Shown here piece by piece: positions 37,051 through 51,577 of a DNA stretch of 64,000 nt. The DNA is from Sphagnum compactum. Taxonomy: Eukaryota. The translations under genes were made by a program, and so were the position numbers. The DNA lies in assembly GCA_965153455.1 (NCBI GenBank), contig OZ234493.1, positions 26,092,213 to 26,156,212 on the forward strand, read 5' to 3'. Below the pieces are notes generated by a model. It ran no database searches. It was given only the letters and a program-made list of their open reading frames with translations, and had not been told where the DNA came from. Numbering within the stretch: the first letter of the stretch is position 1; each line of letters starts with the position of its first letter.

Positions 37051-38196
37051 ATGTCTTTATGGCCACATAAAAAATGCTGCAATCAAGAGGGAGCTCCTTT
37101 CTTTCTTGTTCATGTGTGCAAATTGCTGCAGTTCTTATTGTCTCATGTGCAAGCGCTTCTTTTCTCCATAATCTGTATATTGCAATCTCTTTTCCTTCTG
37201 TAACAAGATGTCGGTTGGTGTATATCACCATCAAATCTGCACATTTGGGTTGTTTTGAAGTCTGCAGTAAATGTTATTCTTTCTGTTCTGTCTTCCTCCA
37301 TCATGCTTAAACAAGTGTTTGTATTTTGCTTATGACAATGTTACTCAATGCTCTCTGAGAGAACCAGACTTAACAGACTTCAGCTTCCTATGCACCATTT
37401 AAGATAGAAAAGTACCTAACCTCCTCAGAGGCAGCTGAAAGTGCTTTTGCCCTAGTTCAATGTGGCAACTAGATAGAGAAGTACCCAGTATGCTCAGTGG
37501 TTGATGAGGATGATTTACTGACCCTGGTTGAATGTGGCAAGGAACTTAGCATTTCCTTTTCTCAAGCTTTTGTACCTATAACCTTGTGAACCTTTTATCA
37601 AAAAAAGGAAAAACACAAGAAAGAGAGAAATGGATGGAGAATGCACAAAGGAGACCTCTTCCACCAATCTTTTTCAATTGATGTGGGGTGCAGAATAGTG
37701 CTCTCCCTATTCCAGAGATTTTGTGAAAACCCTACTACAACAAACAGCACCGGAAAAATACAGCACTGCAAGCAAGCTAGCAAGCACAAATTCTAGACAA
37801 AACATCACTTCAAACTCTGCCCAATGTGCAAAATTCTCCTCGGCACTATTCTCCTTTCTCTCAACTCAAAGCTCCTTGAAGCTCTTCTCCCTCATGCTCT
37901 ATCTCTCCTCAAAGCACCAGTCATCAGTAGTTGAGGAACAAGAGGAAGATGCAAAGTGAATGATAAACCAAATGTCTTATCTGTTTTGAATTTCAAGAAG
38001 ATCAGAAACCCCTTTGCATCTTACAAAATTGAATGACAGATGATTCTGCTGCTGTGCACTATATCACCAACTGTGCTCACTTCAGAGGAGATAAAAAACT
38101 TTGTTCAAGGTTGTCTGACAATGGATCGCTGCATAAATGTCTTTCTAAACACAGATATGAGGAGACATCACCAAGTTGGTTTGCTTGCAGGAGATT

Positions 38197-39261
38197 TTAT
38201 GTCCATCGTGTTGGCCAGAAAGCATGAATCCAGTATCCTGTTTTCCAGTTGTCAAGCAAGACCACCTTCCTGACAGCCAAGAAGCTGATAGCAATGCCAA
38301 CAAGCATGAGAATTTGTTGCACCATCCTGGATTTGATCCGAGCTGCAAATTGCGTAATAAACCCTAACAACAATCCCACCACTGTGTAAAGAAACCCTAC
38401 CACGAAGCCCTCAGCACCGAGCTGCATCCCTGAACCTTGGTAGAAGAAGAGGAGCTTGCCAGGCTGATTGCGGTCTTGCATGAACAGAGGCATCCTTCGA
38501 ATGATGTTGTGCATCCCACCAGAGACACTGAAGAAGTACACAAGGATGGCTATGGTGCACCAAACCCTAGGTTCCCGCATTGGAGAATCTGGCGCAATCA
38601 ACTTCTTGATTATGAATGGGGTTGTAGCAAGGAAAGCTAGAACCAGGAACCACATCTGCCATTTGCTGATGGGTGGAGGCCGCTCAATTGCAGCAGACTT
38701 TTGCTTCGTTTTGGCTTCTACAAACATTGACATGCCTTCTGCACTTCGTGGAAACTCAGACTGACTCATCTCTTCTGACTCGTCAACGTTTCCATTGCCT
38801 GGTGGGATGTACCTGATGTGCGGAAGAGTTGTCACTCCGAAGAGCTTGAAAACTTGTTGCGATTGTTTGAACTCTAGGTCGCAGAAGAAAACCCTAGAGG
38901 CAGCTGCCTCATTGGTACTACCTTTGTTATGTTTGATGTACGCAAGAGACGCGAGGCCGAACTCTTTCCGAAACTCTTCCAGTCTCAGCTCCCTATTGTC
39001 TCGCAGTTGTGATGCATCGAAGAAGATGACCAGGGAATAAGGTCGAGGATCTGAAGTCGACATGAACCTTCTGAAGCTTGACTCATCCAGATGAATCACT
39101 CCATCTTTGCTTTTGGATTGTCGATGCAAAAGCTCTGCAACCCGATCCGCATTCGTATCCGCAAACACCACGGGAGGGCTAATCACACACACACCCAACA
39201 ACAAAACCAGTGCAAAAACACGACCTCCTCCTCCTCCCATTCTTCTCTTTGCTGCAATCAT
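38197..39261 (-). CDS. OST3: Oligosaccharyltransferase subunit OST3/OST6 (intronless CDS)
   Basis: Signal peptide, PRPYSLVIFFDA thioredoxin-like domain, FFSVSGGMHNIIRRMP, QGSGMQLGAEGF, DNWKTGY. Confidence 0.94.
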   Translation of the reverse strand: MIAAKRRMGGGGGRVFALVLLLGVCVISPPVVFADTNADRVAELLHRQSKSKDGVIHLDESSFRRFMSTSDPRPYSLVIFFDASQLRDNRELRLEEFRKEFGLASLAYIKHNKGSTNEAAASRVFFCDLEFKQSQQVFKLFGVTTLPHIRYIPPGNGNVDESEEMSQSEFPRSAEGMSMFVEAKTKQKSAAIERPPPISKWQMWFLVLAFLATTPFIIKKLIAPDSPMREPRVWCTIAILVYFFSVSGGMHNIIRRMPLFMQDRNQPGKLLFFYQGSGMQLGAEGFVVGFLYTVVGLLLGFITQFAARIKSRMVQQILMLVGIAISFLAVRKVVLLDNWKTGYWIHAFWPTRWT

Positions 39262-40499
39262 CTTCTTCTTGGCCCCCCTCTTCTTCCTCCTCCTCCTTTG
39301 ATCTTTGGAACAGATTGATAAACGTTATGCAAGCATTGTAAACAATTCTGCAAAATCTGGAGAAGCAAAGCTACGATAGCGAGAGGGCACACAAATGCTC
39401 AGCTACAAACCCTAACGAGAGTCCAGTGAAAACCCTAATGCTTTCGAATTCCTTACGCTGTTGCCGCCAGTTTGTTGCCTGGGATTTCCTATAAAGTGCA
39501 TGCTTCTCCACCTTGAACGCGGTTTTAGTTGTTGTTGCCATCGCTCATACATGGCGTGTCTGTTATATTGATTGCATCTTTGTGATGGTGTTTGTAATAG
39601 GGTTTGCAGTTAGGGTTTAGAGCTGGTGCAAGAGGCGCATGGGTATTGCTCTCTTCTTCTTTGCTTATTGTGGCTTGGGTATTGCCTCAAACATTTCGTT
39701 GCATGGTATGTCTGCTGTGTAGATAGTTTCGCAGAGATGGGGATCGTCGAGTCTTGAGGAACATGGGTTTGCAGTTAGGGTTTGGAGCAAGAAGGGTGTT
39801 GTTTCTTCTTCTGTGTTTTTTGCGCGGTGGGTATTGCCACAAATCAATGATGATCTTTTGTTAGCCAAATCCGAGCCTTCCGTCTCACTGCTGCCAAGCT
39901 CTTCCTCGATCTAGTGTGAGGACTTCTGTTTTTTATCACAGAGAGCTTAGGGTGGGGTTTCAAGCCCTTTCATGGGTTGCTTTGATGTCTTGCCAAGATC
40001 TTTGCTGTTCAGGAGTTCTCATGCGATGATGATCTTTGAGAGGGTCTGGAAGTGAGGAGATGTAATTGGCGGCGACGATGACAAAGCAACCGAGAAAAAC
40101 AAACACTGCCTGAGATTTGCGCGCTCATCCTTCACCACTGCATCTCGCTTCTGTACTTCTTCTCCATCTCAATCAGTGATTGCTGGGCCCACTTTCATTG
40201 TTCTTCCTTCTCAGTGATGCTTTACCACTCCTGCAGTATATCCATTTTCTGTTCTTCGGGAATACTTGCCCTTATTGCTCCCTGTTTTCTCTACAATATT
40301 GTCTTGATATCTTGTGTTAGCATAGCTCCTTGTGATATTGTAAACAGAAGAAAACAATCTTGGCAAGGATCTGAAAGAGGAAGGTCATTAGAAGGCACCG
40401 CCGAAACTCAGTCTGGCGTCTTCTTTGAGTGACAATCTCAACACTTGATATGAGCCAAGATTTCGTTTCAAGTTTTCTAGGACGGAAGTAGGTTCTTTT

Positions 40500-40546
40500 G
40501 GTTTAGGGTTTGAGGCTTACAATTTAGGGTTTAGGGTTTAGGGTTC
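40500..40546. repeat. Short interstitial telomere-like (TTTAGGG)n tract
   Basis: GTTTAGGGTTTGAGG..TTTAGGGTTTAGGGTTTAGGGTT. Confidence 0.6.
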
Positions 40547-41949
40547 ATAAAAACAAGGCTAATGGGAGGCCAATGCAATGTAATATGTTTCTTGTTAGCT
40601 TGTTAACGCGGTGAGTGAGTGAAAGTGAACTTTTCGACAATTTTGCAATAACTTTGTATTAGTTTGAGTGTTTTGAATAGCACAAACAAAAGAAAATGCT
40701 TTGTTACTTGATGATTAAAAAAAAACCATGAAACTTAGTGTGGTTATGAAAAATAGCATTCTGTAGTAAGTTCACTCGCTTTTTATAGTTCCACATTTCT
40801 CCTTTATGAGTGTGAAAGAGCATCTACCTAATGGTCTTTTGGTTATTTGTTTGATGAGGAAGAAAAAAATAGTTTTACATCACATGTGAAGGAGACAACA
40901 ACTTTAGAATTAAGCTTTTGTAAAGGAAATGTGGTAGGCAAAGAACATGTTGGGAGATCATGGAGAAATGTAAGTTTTTGTGCTTGTTAGACCTTATGGA
41001 GAAGAAGTATTGAAAATGCCATTGCAATCCATTTAAGAGAGCAATTTAAAAACATTCATAGATACTATGAATGTAAATTCTCCAAATGATGTGTTATGAA
41101 ATCGGAAGTAAGTTCAAGATAAGTGAACAAAATGAAGATCTATGAAACAAAGAAGAAGATCTACTAAATAGAAAAGAAGATTGAAATAATTATACTTTCA
41201 TTTGATTGGCTATGGTTTGAACGTTAACATTTTTTTTGATACTATCAAAATAAGTGGCATATTTAATGCCAAAGATCAAAGTGTGCTTGTGATGAATTTT
41301 AAAATTTGTGAATGTTAGTGATGAAGAAGATGTCTAAAAATGTCAAATGTTTAGTAGCCCTAAGAAACAAACTCGCATGTATAGGGATGACAATGCAAAT
41401 GTTAAAACTACTAATTTTAATAGCCTTAGAACTAGGGCATACAAGTTATTTAGTGTGCAAAGGAAATTTAATGAGAAATTAAAAAGGAAGTAGAGGCGGT
41501 TGTCCATAGGTTCATCTGTAATTATAGATGCCATTAATGATTCCACACATGTGGTGAAGAAAATTGATTCTAAAAAAATGGAGATGACAAAATTCATCAC
41601 ATTTCAAGTGAAAAGCATAGAAAACAAATGATGATACAAGGTCAATTACAACTGGTTCTTTTGTTTTTGGATGTGTTGAAATCAAAAACCACATATGGTA
41701 GTGGCAATTGATTAAAAGGAATTAGTAATGACAATTGACTTTGATTTGTATTTCCATTCGTGGGAATAAAAATTTGGATTCCATTTCAAAACTCATCTTG
41801 TTTTACTTTGTCATGGGACAATTGAATGTTCAAAAAAAAAACTTTTTTTAATCTCACTTTCTGTTTTTGCTTATTTCTTTCTTTTAACTTGATAGGCAAT
41901 CTATCAACACCAAACCCCATTAGGTTCGTCACATCTTGTTCTTACATTT

Positions 41950-42540
41950 GTTAATTTAAGCTCTGGTGCACCCCAATTTCACAATAGTTATGAACTACAC
42001 CACAAGTAATTGTAATTACTGATGTTTGTCAACTCTAGAATTAAAAGGTTTCAAAATTCTCCATTTATTTTTCAAAGAACCAAATGCTTCCATCACCACC
42101 CTCCCTAAATTCATGTTGGAATCATATTTTATTTTGTCCACATTTCCAAGATTATGAATCTTCCAATTCTTTTACAAATAGGTATGAATTGGATAAGCTA
42201 CATCACCAATTAAGAATGGAATGCATCTCATACCTCAAAAGTAATAACTAATTTTTGTAAAATTTCAATTGTGCATATAGGCTACACTTCTTAAACTACC
42301 CACCATCATGTACCCCTCCAAGTTAGCTAACATAAATGTTCCAAAAGATTTTCTCTGCATCACACATAACTTGCAACACAATACAATGGAATTTTTTCCT
42401 ATTGAAAAAATCACCATTAACAACTTTAACTCTTTTGTTTGGAAGGTCTGCATGTGAATTCCATCTAACGTTCCACAAATGTTAGGTATACATGTAAGAT
42501 TTTCAAAATGAACAATGATGTCTTTCAAGCGTTGACCTAT
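41950..42540 (-). mobile_element. Decayed PIF/Harbinger DDE transposase
   Basis: IPNICGTLDGIH, FFNRKKFHSIVLQ..CDA, GGVHDG, LIGDVAYP, EAFGSLKNKWRIL spread over frameshifts and stops. Confidence 0.8.
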
Positions 42541-44099
42541 AAGAATATTGATGTATTTAATAATCAATTCCTTCTTTCATAGTTTTTTAATTTTTTGTTT
42601 TTGTTTTTGTTTTTTGCTTTTACTTTTGCCACAATGAATGAACGTAGGCACAAGATATTGAGGGCTTTTGTTTCTAATTTTTTTCATTTTTGTCTTTTAA
42701 CACAACCATTTTTATTCGAGTGATATTTTTTTTGGAATTGGAATCGATTGAGAGATCTTTTATAAATCCAAATGTTTTTCCTTGTGTGAAAATGGGCATT
42801 TCAACCTTTCATTTTCTACTTCACCTTTCGATTCACTTTCATTTTGTGCACTTGGAAAGGTTGAAAATGCATTCTTTTTAGCAACCACCTTGTGAGAATA
42901 AGCATTATCGATGCTAGGTCGAAGATAGGCATGGCAGATCCTATGGGTTTTCCATCCCCAAAGTATCGAAAAATTCATTGGGCATCCCAGCCCTTTCAAC
43001 AAGCACCCGATGGAAAGTTAATAATTAGCTTTACCCTTACACCCAATTGTGTTTTAATTTCCATCCATTCACCCATCATTCCCATCCCTCTTAATTTACT
43101 TCAATTAGTCCTTTCATCTTCTTTTGGTCCATCGACCTTCTTTTTGTTTCGCCCGTCACATGCACTAGAAGCTTCTTCAATATCTGTCGTATGATCTTTT
43201 CCTTCGCAACCCTGCATTTGTTGTCTTTCTTACATTCGTTTATTTGGTGCAACGGGGTTTAACATGACACTAGTTTACATGCACCACTCATAAGTAGTCA
43301 TTTGTCTTAAAAGCAGTGTTGCCCCAACTTTACCATGTTTTTCTCGTTCTTTAGCATGGACGTGGATTGCATCCATAGACATCATTGATGTTCAATGGGC
43401 TTTGCATTTTTTTTTTCTCTATTAACATCTAATCCTTTTGATATTGCAACTTGACATTTTTTTGTTATTCTTTTCTTGATGTTTGTCCTTTCTTCCATAG
43501 GGTGGTGAAAAAGGCCATTAAAATACTTTTGCTTATTTGCATTGATACACGGGCGGTGATTAAGAGACATTATAAGAAGAACAAACAATTGAAGCACTTG
43601 CTTTAGCTTCTTGCAAATGTCTGGAATCAATTCCAGATCTTACCTCATTTCCATTAGCATGATTACGTTGCACACAAGCCTATATTTATGTAGGGGAATA
43701 CGTTTGATATGTGTAATAATTTCGAACACACCTGAAGCCCCATCTCATGAGACCACAAAAGTCCTTTACATTCTCCATCCATTTGCTAAAGTTAAATTTT
43801 CCCCCTTTAATAATGATTTCCATATTGAGACATAAGTTACTTTAAATTGAGAAGCATTTATCTCTACTTTGGCTTGTTCACCACATCTTTATTTCAGTGG
43901 CCCCTCGAGTATGGTGTATGAATTTGAATGAAATTATTTTGTCCTATATGATTTTGCGAATAGTTTTGACTTCTTTTTCGAGGTGTGTGGGGACATTACT
44001 TGAAGTCATGTTCCACCTTCAATATCAAGTTTTTTTATGCGTTTCGACTCTTAATGTTGGAAAAGTAGTTTGGAAGCATATATCCCATTGTGATCAATG

Positions 44100-47000
44100 A
44101 AATCATTTATTGCATAATTGCCCGCACATTAGTTATTCAGTTTAGGGATATTCTTATGGAGAATTTTAGTCCTCATTAATTTGGTGTAATGATTCATGAT
44201 GGGTGTGAAACAATGGTTCGTGGCGTTCGAATGATGTTAAATTTGCACCTAGATTAGATTGGGTGGTGCTACAGGTGGATGTTTGTAATGCCTTCAATTT
44301 GATGTCATGGTCAATCATTTTTCAAAAATTACAATCTTTGTTTCATTCTATGGATTTGTTTTTCACATTTGTTCAATGATTTTATGCACACCCATCCCCA
44401 CTGTATTTTTTGCAGGTTTCCTAACATGGGGATCTCATAATCATTTCATCGGAATTACGTACATGATAGGGGAACCCATTGGGAGGAGCATTGTTTGATA
44501 TGGTTCATCTTTGCGCTCTTCACCTTATAGCAACAACTCACCCTATTTGTGTTTTCCTTTTGTTGGTGGATGATACACATATAGTAGATCCCACATCAAA
44601 TGTGGTTCCTATTTTTTTATGATTATAGCATGAGTTTTCATCATTAGACTAAAAGAAATTTACATATTTTCAACTATAATTTACAATTAATTTTTAGTTG
44701 CAAATGACATTTGCAATTAAAAGGATTTATAGTTGCATTGGACAAGTTGCACAAATATTAATTGCAAATGATGATATCATGATGATGTCATCAAATAGAC
44801 AATGGATGAAATATGTATTTGAGTTGATTGTATTTTTGATTTGTTGACTGTCTCACACATGCAACTATCATGCAATTAGTGACCAATTTCTAATGACTAA
44901 TGTCATGTTACCACGTGTCATATTTTTAAAATATTAAATAAATCATATTTATTACCAAAAATTTATCTCAACCATTTATTTCTTAAATCTTTGATTCATA
45001 ACATGGACAAATAATTTTGTGCCATGTGCCAACATTTATGATTTTTGAAACATTTAAAATAAAAATAGGTGGGTAGGTAAGTAAGTAAGTAGGTAAACTT
45101 AGGTAGGTAGGTAAATAGCTAAACCTAGGTAAGTAAGTAAATAGGCCTAGGTGGGTAGGTAGATAAGTAAGTAGGTAGGTATGTAAGTAAATATGCCAAG
45201 GTAAGTAAATAAGTTGAAATAGGTAGGTAGGTAAGTCTTAGGACATTTATGAATTTGTTTTATTTTTTTATGGATTTCACCAAATTAGGGTTAAACTTCT
45301 TTAATTGGTTCATCCCGTTTGGCCAATCTTGTGTATTTTAGCCTTCACGATGCATCTATTTATATAGTTGACACACTTGAAAGGGAGGCCAAACAATATG
45401 GGATACAAAATTAGATTGCAATCAGTTGCAAATAATATACAAAGAAGTTGTGAGTAAATTTTTTTATCCTATACAATTTGGTTTCCTTTCCAATTGTGTC
45501 AACTCCATAAGTAAATAATTCATTAATTAACTAATTAATGCATTAACTTTCTACAACTTATTTACTTACTACTTACCTATTACTTACCTACTTATCTATT
45601 TATTACCTATCTACCTATTAATAATAATAGGTTGTAATGGTATCAAATGTTAATTAAAAGTTATCATTAATTAATTAATATACAACATAAATTATAAATT
45701 AATAGTTAATTAATAATGAATATAATATTAAAATGAACTAAATAATTATTTCATATTAAAAATTCATTAATAAGTAGTTAATTGATTAATTAACTAGTTA
45801 TGCTTAATCAATTAGTATTTAATTAATGACAAACTATTTGATTAATAATCCTAATTTCTGTAATATTTAATATCAATTGATTAATAACTAGTTTCATTTT
45901 ATTAATTACAATTATTCGAATATTACATTTCATCTAATTATTATTTAATTTATATTAAATGGATAATTAACTAATATTAATATGTTTAAATTTTAACAAT
46001 TTTTAATTTTAAATCAGCTAATAAAGTGGTTAATTAATTAATAGCTAATTAATGAATAATTATTAATAATAATCATTCATGTATATTTAATGTCAATTGA
46101 TTAATAACTAATTCTAGTTTATTAAATGGTATTTAATTTTTATCACTAAGTAATAAATTAATACTTGTAATTTATTTAATATGTAACATTGATCAATTCA
46201 TAATTAGTTCTAGTTTATTGAGTAATTTTTACTGAATGACTAAATAAATAATTAATAACTAGTTTCAGTGAATTAATTAATTATATGTATTTATAATTAT
46301 TAAATATTTAATTAAATATTATTTAATCTTCATGACTAGATAAATAATAATAATTTATTTAGTATGTAAAAATGATCAATTAATACCTTTTTTTATTTTA
46401 TTAATAGTATTTTATCTTAATGACTAACTAGATAATATTATTAATTTATTTAATATGTTAAAATCAATCAATTAATAATTATTTTTATTTTATTAAGTAG
46501 TATTTATCTTAATGAATGAATAAACAAATATTATTTATAAATAATTGAATATTAAAATTTAAGTTTTTATTGATTAATCAATATTAAATGAATAATTAGT
46601 TAATATTAAAAATTAAATAATTAAATAATATTTAATTATGAATTATTTATTAAAATATTTAATAATGGTTAAAAATTAAATATCAACTAAATAATAATCT
46701 AATCTAATTTATTAACTCATATTTAATTTTAATGATGGGTAAATAATAATACGTTTCAATTAATTAATTAATAGGACTAAGTGAATAATTAATTAATATT
46801 AAATTTCCTGAATTTTACTAATATTTAATTCCAATTTTTACGAATTTTAAATATTAAATACTTATTATCAATTATTAATTATTAGTTACTATTAATTAAA
46901 TAATTATTCAATATTAAATAATTGCATCATAATTATTGATAGTCAAAAATATAAAGTTAAATCATTATTTACACCTTTAATATACCCTTAATGTACTTTT

Positions 47001-47500
47001 CACAAAAAAAATTACATTAAACCCTTACAAATATGTTGATAATATTCATAATAAATATGTATTAGAATATAAATAAACTTTTTAATTATATAACCCAAAT
47101 ATGTATGCTTATCATGCTTATAATACACATTATACATCAACTTGTGACTAAATTTTGGTTACACATGAAACTAATGGGCCATGGGGGCTTATTCATGGAT
47201 GATATAATCTTAAAAATATTCACATAGAAGGATGAAAAAGATAGTAATTGCACATTAGTTATAATATAGTTGCAAATCCTCCGCAAATTTGGTGAAATTG
47301 GTGAATAGTTGCAAAAGTAGTCACAAAAATAGTTACAAACGACATATAGTTGCATCCAGTCGTAAATATGATGGTTACATATCCTCACATTTGTTCTGGT
47401 GTTAAGGCATTTAGTGCAATTGTAAAGTGTGTAGCTTGGTCTTCACAAGGGTTGGACCATTCTATATCACTTCCTCTTGATTTTTTTTACTTCCGATTTG
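44100..47500 (+). mobile_element. Decayed CRE/SLACS-like non-LTR reverse transcriptase, interrupted at 44,647-47,401
   Basis: FSPH*FGV..GCETMVRG..DWVVLQVDVCNAFN, PLGGALF, VDDTHI; resumes after the insertion as VQ..KCVAWSSQGLDHSISLP. Confidence 0.68.
44647..47401. mobile_element. Non-autonomous CACTA-like DNA transposon with an extremely AT-rich core
   Basis: TTA on both sides (44,644-46 and 47,402-04); degenerate termini GACTAAAAGAAAT... / ...ATTTGTTCTGGTG; subterminal TAGTTGCA/TGCAACTA-type motifs; (TAGG/TAAG)n tract at ~45,065-45,240. Confidence 0.6.
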
Positions 47501-48379
47501 GGCGCTTTGGTTTAGTTAAATAAGGGGAACCAAAATATCAAGGGGGGAGGGGGTAGTTTGGACTTGTTTTTTCAATAAAACATTTGTGATTTCTTGTAGT
47601 TTTGAAAAAGTTGATGGCTCAACATCCTGTTGCTTGGGGGTATGAATAAAGTAATTGTTCATAAATGCAAATATGGTTTCAATTTTGTTCATTAAGTTTA
47701 AAAAACTTAAAGGTTTGCATAACAAAATTCATGCAATGTGTTGTGTAATCTACCCCATTATGCCCCATAGTTTGGGCCCTTACCATTAGTTCAAGTCAAA
47801 AATGGTGACAAATAGTTTTGGAAATAAAATATTTCATGCAACTAATGGAAAGGCTTAACATGCATTAAAGAAAGGTTCAATTTTTTTTTTGGGGGGCGGG
47901 GTGACAAAGGGGGGAGAGAATGGATTTTTAGTTTTTTCTTTGTTCCCCATGCAATTCCCCAAGTTCCCCAAGATGTTCCCAATAGCACTTTAGATTTACC
48001 CCATATGGTTTGTTCAAAGTTCAATTCTCATGTGTATAAATTACAAAGGTGGGCCACATGGGAACACGTTTGTTTTTATTTTGCAACTTGAGGTTGAAAA
48101 AGGTGTTTCTATTGGGGGGTGCCCAATGTTACAAAAAATTGATGATGTACCAATCAATATGGTTTCTTGAAAAAAATAAAATAAAATTTGAACACATTCA
48201 TGAACTAATTAATACAAATCACATTATGTCACCCAAAGAATGGTGCATGTTTGGTCATGAAATGTGTGATGAAATTAATATTTGCACCTTGAAAGTTTAT
48301 CACCCCATGTGTCCCAAAACAATTTTATTAGGTACATCATTTTTTTGTTAGACCTCCAAATTTAAGAAGGTTACCCACA

Positions 48380-49400
48380 ATCATATAACTCATCCTATTT
48401 AATGTGCTATTTCTATATATTATCCTTATATAGATTTAACAATATAAGGTTCCCTTTTCACTCTTCAATTAGATACACATGCATGGAAAACCAACTTTGG
48501 TTGTCCATGATTGCAATTTTGTTTCAACTCTTCAAATTTTAGTCAACTTTATGCACAATGATTTTGACAGCATGAAAACAATTTGATGCATTACCTTTGG
48601 CATTTTTCACTTTACTATGTTCAATTAATGCTTTTAAAGGCAATTTGGCATTTTCAAAAACTTAAACAAATACTTGAAAACTTCAAAATCCATCATGGGC
48701 CAACCCTCTATGAGCAAATGCCACTTTGCATTTTTTTTTACCTTGTTTGTGAATAAAAAAACAATTTAATCATTATTTGAACACACATCTTTCTTTTCAT
48801 TCTTCACATAATTCACACGCACAATACTCTTTTATTGTAACACCAAGTTTAATATCTATGCACTTTCTAAGGCTTGAATGTTTGATCAAAAATCAAGTTT
48901 TAGCACCAACAACTTATCTTTACTTTCAATTGTAAGACAAATCTTACATGTCATCAAGTTTAATCTCCCATCCATATTAAATATTGGTTCTAACCAAAAA
49001 AACTCACATAGTTTAACATTTTTGATACAATACATTAAGCTACCACTTAGTCTTTTAAGCTTTTTCTTTTATTGGTTCACAAATGTAGTTTCAACCATAT
49101 TTATAATTGCATTGTCAAGTGTGGCAATTAAAAGTTAAGATGTTTGTATAAAAAATATAACATTAAAAAGGAGTTGTAATGGCAAAAATTGATTGATCTT
49201 TAAAAACAATATTGACATTGACACATTCAACATTTGGATCAACTTCAACAACTCGAACTTGGAATCAAAATAAAACTTGATGTTTAATGGCAAACAAAGG
49301 TGTGCCATAGCCAAAAACAAGGAAGGAACAAAAGTAGTTAACAACATTCAAATTGAATATCTTGCAACTAAGTTATCAAGAATTTTAAAAATGGGTTTTT
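48380..49400 (-). mobile_element. Decayed hAT-like transposase remnant
   Basis: IMDNQSWFSMHVYL resembles the hAT/ZNF862-type DE.T..DNQSW.S.HVY motif; many stops. Confidence 0.5.
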
Positions 49401-51577
49401 TCTAGCCCTATTTGAATTCTAAACATTGTAACCAAAAAAAGATCAATGTGTAAAGGGATCAAAGGTCAAAAAGAACTTTGACAAGTTCAAAAAAAAATAG
49501 TGGAACGTTATTAAGGAAAACACACAAAGATGTAAAAGTGATTTAAAATGTTGGAACGAAGAGATAATTTAAAAAGAATGTGAACATGTTTGTGGAAAGC
49601 TTATAATACAAATGTTTTGTTTACTTTTGCTCAAATTTGCTGTTATTGTTATTGTTGTGCCAAAATTAACTACATGCAATAACTACACAAGGACAAAAGC
49701 GAGGTACACCAAATGCAACATTTAAAAAGTTTTAACAAGACCTTTTGAGTTAAACCCAAATCTAACTTGCAAGATTTGAATCTCCAATACTTGTTTTGTT
49801 CCTTAGATACAAAGACCTCACAAATCTTTTCTTCTTGTTGTTTCATGACAAAACCTTAAACAACATAACATTTATGCAATTAACCTATTCACAATTTTTC
49901 TTTTGTCATTTGCAAATAGGTGATGATTTGTTTTCCAAAACTTACATTATGGATGGCAATGGTTGATAATAGATTTAAATTAGTGCAAGAGTGGCAATGG
50001 AGATGTGGAGTGCAATAGTGCCACCTCTTGTCTAGAGAGAGAGATGGGAGGTGCCTACCAATGAATGGGATAAATAACTATTCATAGTAACAAACCGAAA
50101 TCATAGATTTTCCAAATGGTTAATGGTTCAATGTGGGTGGTTGATTTAACCCAATTTCGGTATTTCTTTTAGGGCATTTGCATGCCTTTTTTGGTCAAAA
50201 GATTATAAAAACTTTGCAACAAAAAAATAAAAAATTTAATCACAACTATAGGACTATTCTACATTTTTCAAGCAATATTAATGACTTTTGAACAAAAATG
50301 TAAATTCATTCTATTTAAAATTCATAAATATAATCAATGAAGTTTACCTTTTGATTTCCACATATTTGTTTTGACGAACCTTCAATCTCCATTTTCAATT
50401 CATTAATCCTTGTTATTGATAATTGAATTAGGACATTAATTACTATTCCTTGGTCAAGGTTTTTTTTTTCAATTTTGTTTTGTGACATAAAAAAATTGGT
50501 GAAATTTTCCCAAAAAAGAAAGATTAATCAAATCTATTAAAGAAACAAAATTCACAAATAAATTCCCAATTCTTTTTTTGAGAAGACCACAAAATTTGTT
50601 CCGGAAAAACAAAGATAGTAAGCAATGTCATCAAATAATTAGTTAACCATATAATTGCATTTAATATTTAAGTTCACAAAGTTTACCTGAATTTTGTTCA
50701 TTACATGGCCAATTAATTAAAGTGGACCCATTAAAAGCCACAAAAAGAGATATTGTAAACTCTCAAAAAACGATATTTTGATAAAAAGCCCCAAAAGTGG
50801 TTAGACAGACCCGCTACATCATTGGGTGCCACCTGGCCAGTAGCAGGTAAATATATATGTGGGAATATTTCGCCCCCCCATGAAACAAGGGGTGACCCGA
50901 AAGCAACAAGCCAACCAACAAAACAGAACAGAACCCACCCCACCTTGCTCACTCACTCTCTTAACAGAACAGAAGAAACCCTAGACGGCGCATACACCGT
51001 CCGATTTTAGATCGGACGACTGATCTGGATTCAGATCAAAGCCATGCATGTATACCCTTCAGACCTCATTTCAATCCGACCGTTGGATCTTACGCTAAAA
51101 CGCCACTTTTGTGACTGGAATGGAGGTGAAGAAAAACCCTCATCATTGCGCTTCTCTCTTCTCTCTCTCTCTCTGTCTCTCTCTCTGTGCGTCGTGTTGA
51201 CATGATTCTGTCCGCACACGGGCAGTCTCGCGACTCCATTTGCAAGCTCACGGGGAACACCCACAACCCACTTGCCAGATTCCTCCAGAGATAGTGAAGA
51301 TCAACACTATGCACTTGTTTGTTAGGAGATCTTGACAGCTTGCTGTGGCTTCTGGTTAGGTGTTTGGGAAGTGGAAGGGGGGCTAAGGGTTGAATGATTA
51401 TGCCAAGGATGGTGATGATTATGATGATTGTGATGTGAGTGAGAAGAGATGGGATTGGAGGCAGTCTCTTTCCGTGGCTATGAGTTCCAAGCAGCAGGAG
51501 TTGGGTGCTGTTGCATAGTGTAGTGCCACTTTAGAGAGCCAAGTGGGACGTGGGTAGCAAGGAAGACAGGAACCACA

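Noticed and set aside
40500-40546. Chromosome end or fusion scar
   Set aside because: Only about four TTTAGGG units; similar telobox tracts occur in several promoters in this window.
42700-43900. Possible additional decayed transposon coding sequence
   Set aside because: It looks like degenerate coding DNA, but I could not assign a motif.
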